64,000 nucleotides of DNA. It comes from Octopus vulgaris. Its lineage: Eukaryota. The notes under the pieces are model-generated. The model was not told the DNA's origin, made no database searches, and was given only the letters and a program-made list of their open reading frames with translations. Positions within the stretch are counted from its first letter, which is position 1, and the number at the start of each line of letters is the position of its first letter. Both the position numbers and the translations under genes were made by a program. Below are positions 62,546 to 64,000 of this stretch, piece by piece. Location of the stretch: positions 175,584,001-175,648,000 of the forward strand of contig OX597816.1 in the NCBI GenBank assembly GCA_951406725.2, in the 5' to 3' direction.

Positions 62546-62749
62546 ATGATGACAATGATGAAACACACACACTTCAAATTTTGTTCTCTTGTGGCTCAAG
62601 TTTCATGCTACTGTTATCTTCAGGGGAGAACTAGAATGAAATGTGAGTTGTGAGAAAAAGAAATTTAGGTTAAATAAACACTGTCTACATGCACTGAGTA
62701 CTTTCCTTTCCCTTAAACACTTGACCAAATACATAAATAAACCACTATA

Positions 62750-64000
62750 CTGTGGCTTTTATTGATTTGGAGATAGTGTTTTACAGGGTACCATGTTTTA
62801 TAATCTGGTGGGCATTGAAAAAACTAGGTGTAGTTGAATGGCTTGAGCAGGCAGTTCAAGCTATGTACAAAGATCCAACAAATAAAATCAGAGTTGGGAA
62901 CACTTCAGTGATGAATTTAACATGAAGATAGGAATCAGTCCTCTCTTCTTCATCATAATCTTACAACCCATCACAGAAGAATTTAAGGCTGGCTGCCCAT
63001 AGGAACTCCTATATGCTGATGATCTAGTCATCATAGCTGATTCTACAGGGGAATTAGAGAAGAAATTCCAGACATGGAAGTTAAACCTGGAATCGAGGGG
63101 CCTTAATGTTAACCAGGCAAAGACTAAGTAGGAAAGGAGATAGGACCTTGGTACCTTCAGGGAAATGATCTTGCTCAATATGCAGTGAAAGAGTAGTTAT
63201 AAACTTCCAATGTGGTACTAGATGTAAGGTATGGACACAAGAGATATAGTGGAATCAGTGACAGGCTGTCTGAAAATGTAATCTTCATATGCAGTAGATA
63301 CACTGCAACAGTTTATACAAGCACCTGGAAACTGAGTCTCTGAGATGTCCTGATAGCTCACTAGAACTATTTGTGGCACGTAAAAAACACCATCCGAATC
63401 GTGGCCGAAGCCAGTGCCGCCTCGACTGGCTTCCGTGCAGGTGGCACGTAAAATGCACCAATCTGACCGTGGCCGATGCCAGCCTCGCCTGGCACCTGTG
63501 CAGGTGGCACGTAAAAAGCACCCACTACACTCATGGAGTGGTTGGCGTTAGGAAGGGCATCCAGCTGTAGAAACATTGCCAGATAAGACCGGAGCCTGGT
63601 GCAGCCTCCTGGCTTCCCAGATCCCCGGTCGAACCATCCAACCCATGCTAGCATGGAGAACGGACGTTAAACGATGATGATGATGATGTAATTAGAAGGG
63701 GAAGTGGCTACTCAGAAAGAAAACTAGCAGAAAAGTTCAGGGAGCTATCAACTGCTAACAACAAAGATCTTTTCCCTAAGAGTGAAGGGCAGTTTGCACG
63801 ATGTTTATGCTAGAACTGCAATGCTGTGTAGTAGTGAGACATAGGCCTTGAATACAGAAGACACGAGAAGAAATTGAGAAATAAAGTCAGCATGCTCAAC
63901 TGGATGTGCAATGTGAGTGTACATGAAAGAATTAGTACAAATCTGATGAGTAAAAACTAGAGGAATCAGTTGTGTTCAAGAAGACTGAGCTGGTATGGAC
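62750..64000 (+). mobile_element. RTE LINE RT remnant with nested RTE 3'-UTR element (63372-63688)
   Basis: FIDLE..RVP, SPLFFII, ELLYADDLVIIA, LESRGL.VN..KTK, Cys-rich insert, AML.SSET. Confidence 0.88.

Overview
Eukaryotic, AT-rich, CpG-depleted DNA dominated by repeats. The SINE/LINE repertoire strongly suggests a coleoid cephalopod, probably Octopus (inference from repeat families, not a database result). No intact long gene is present; the long ORFs at 13.9-17.8 kb are artefacts of a (TATG)n satellite. The window holds decayed non-LTR retrotransposons of five clades (Tx1/L1, CR1/L2, RTE, R4/Dong, HERO), a Gypsy remnant, hAT, mariner, Helitron and piggyBac-type MITEs, and at least three tRNA-SINE families. 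Best non-obvious signals: (1) three different type-I hammerhead-ribozyme-like motifs at 9.4-10.9 kb, each just downstream of a (TA)n tract, one inside a ~285-nt multi-hairpin cassette (Penelope-like or retrozyme-like); (2) a ~255-bp-arm near-perfect palindrome at 42.9-43.4 kb; (3) short minus-strand exons that may form a small unidentified host gene spanning ~13-58 kb. Boundaries of decayed elements are approximate.
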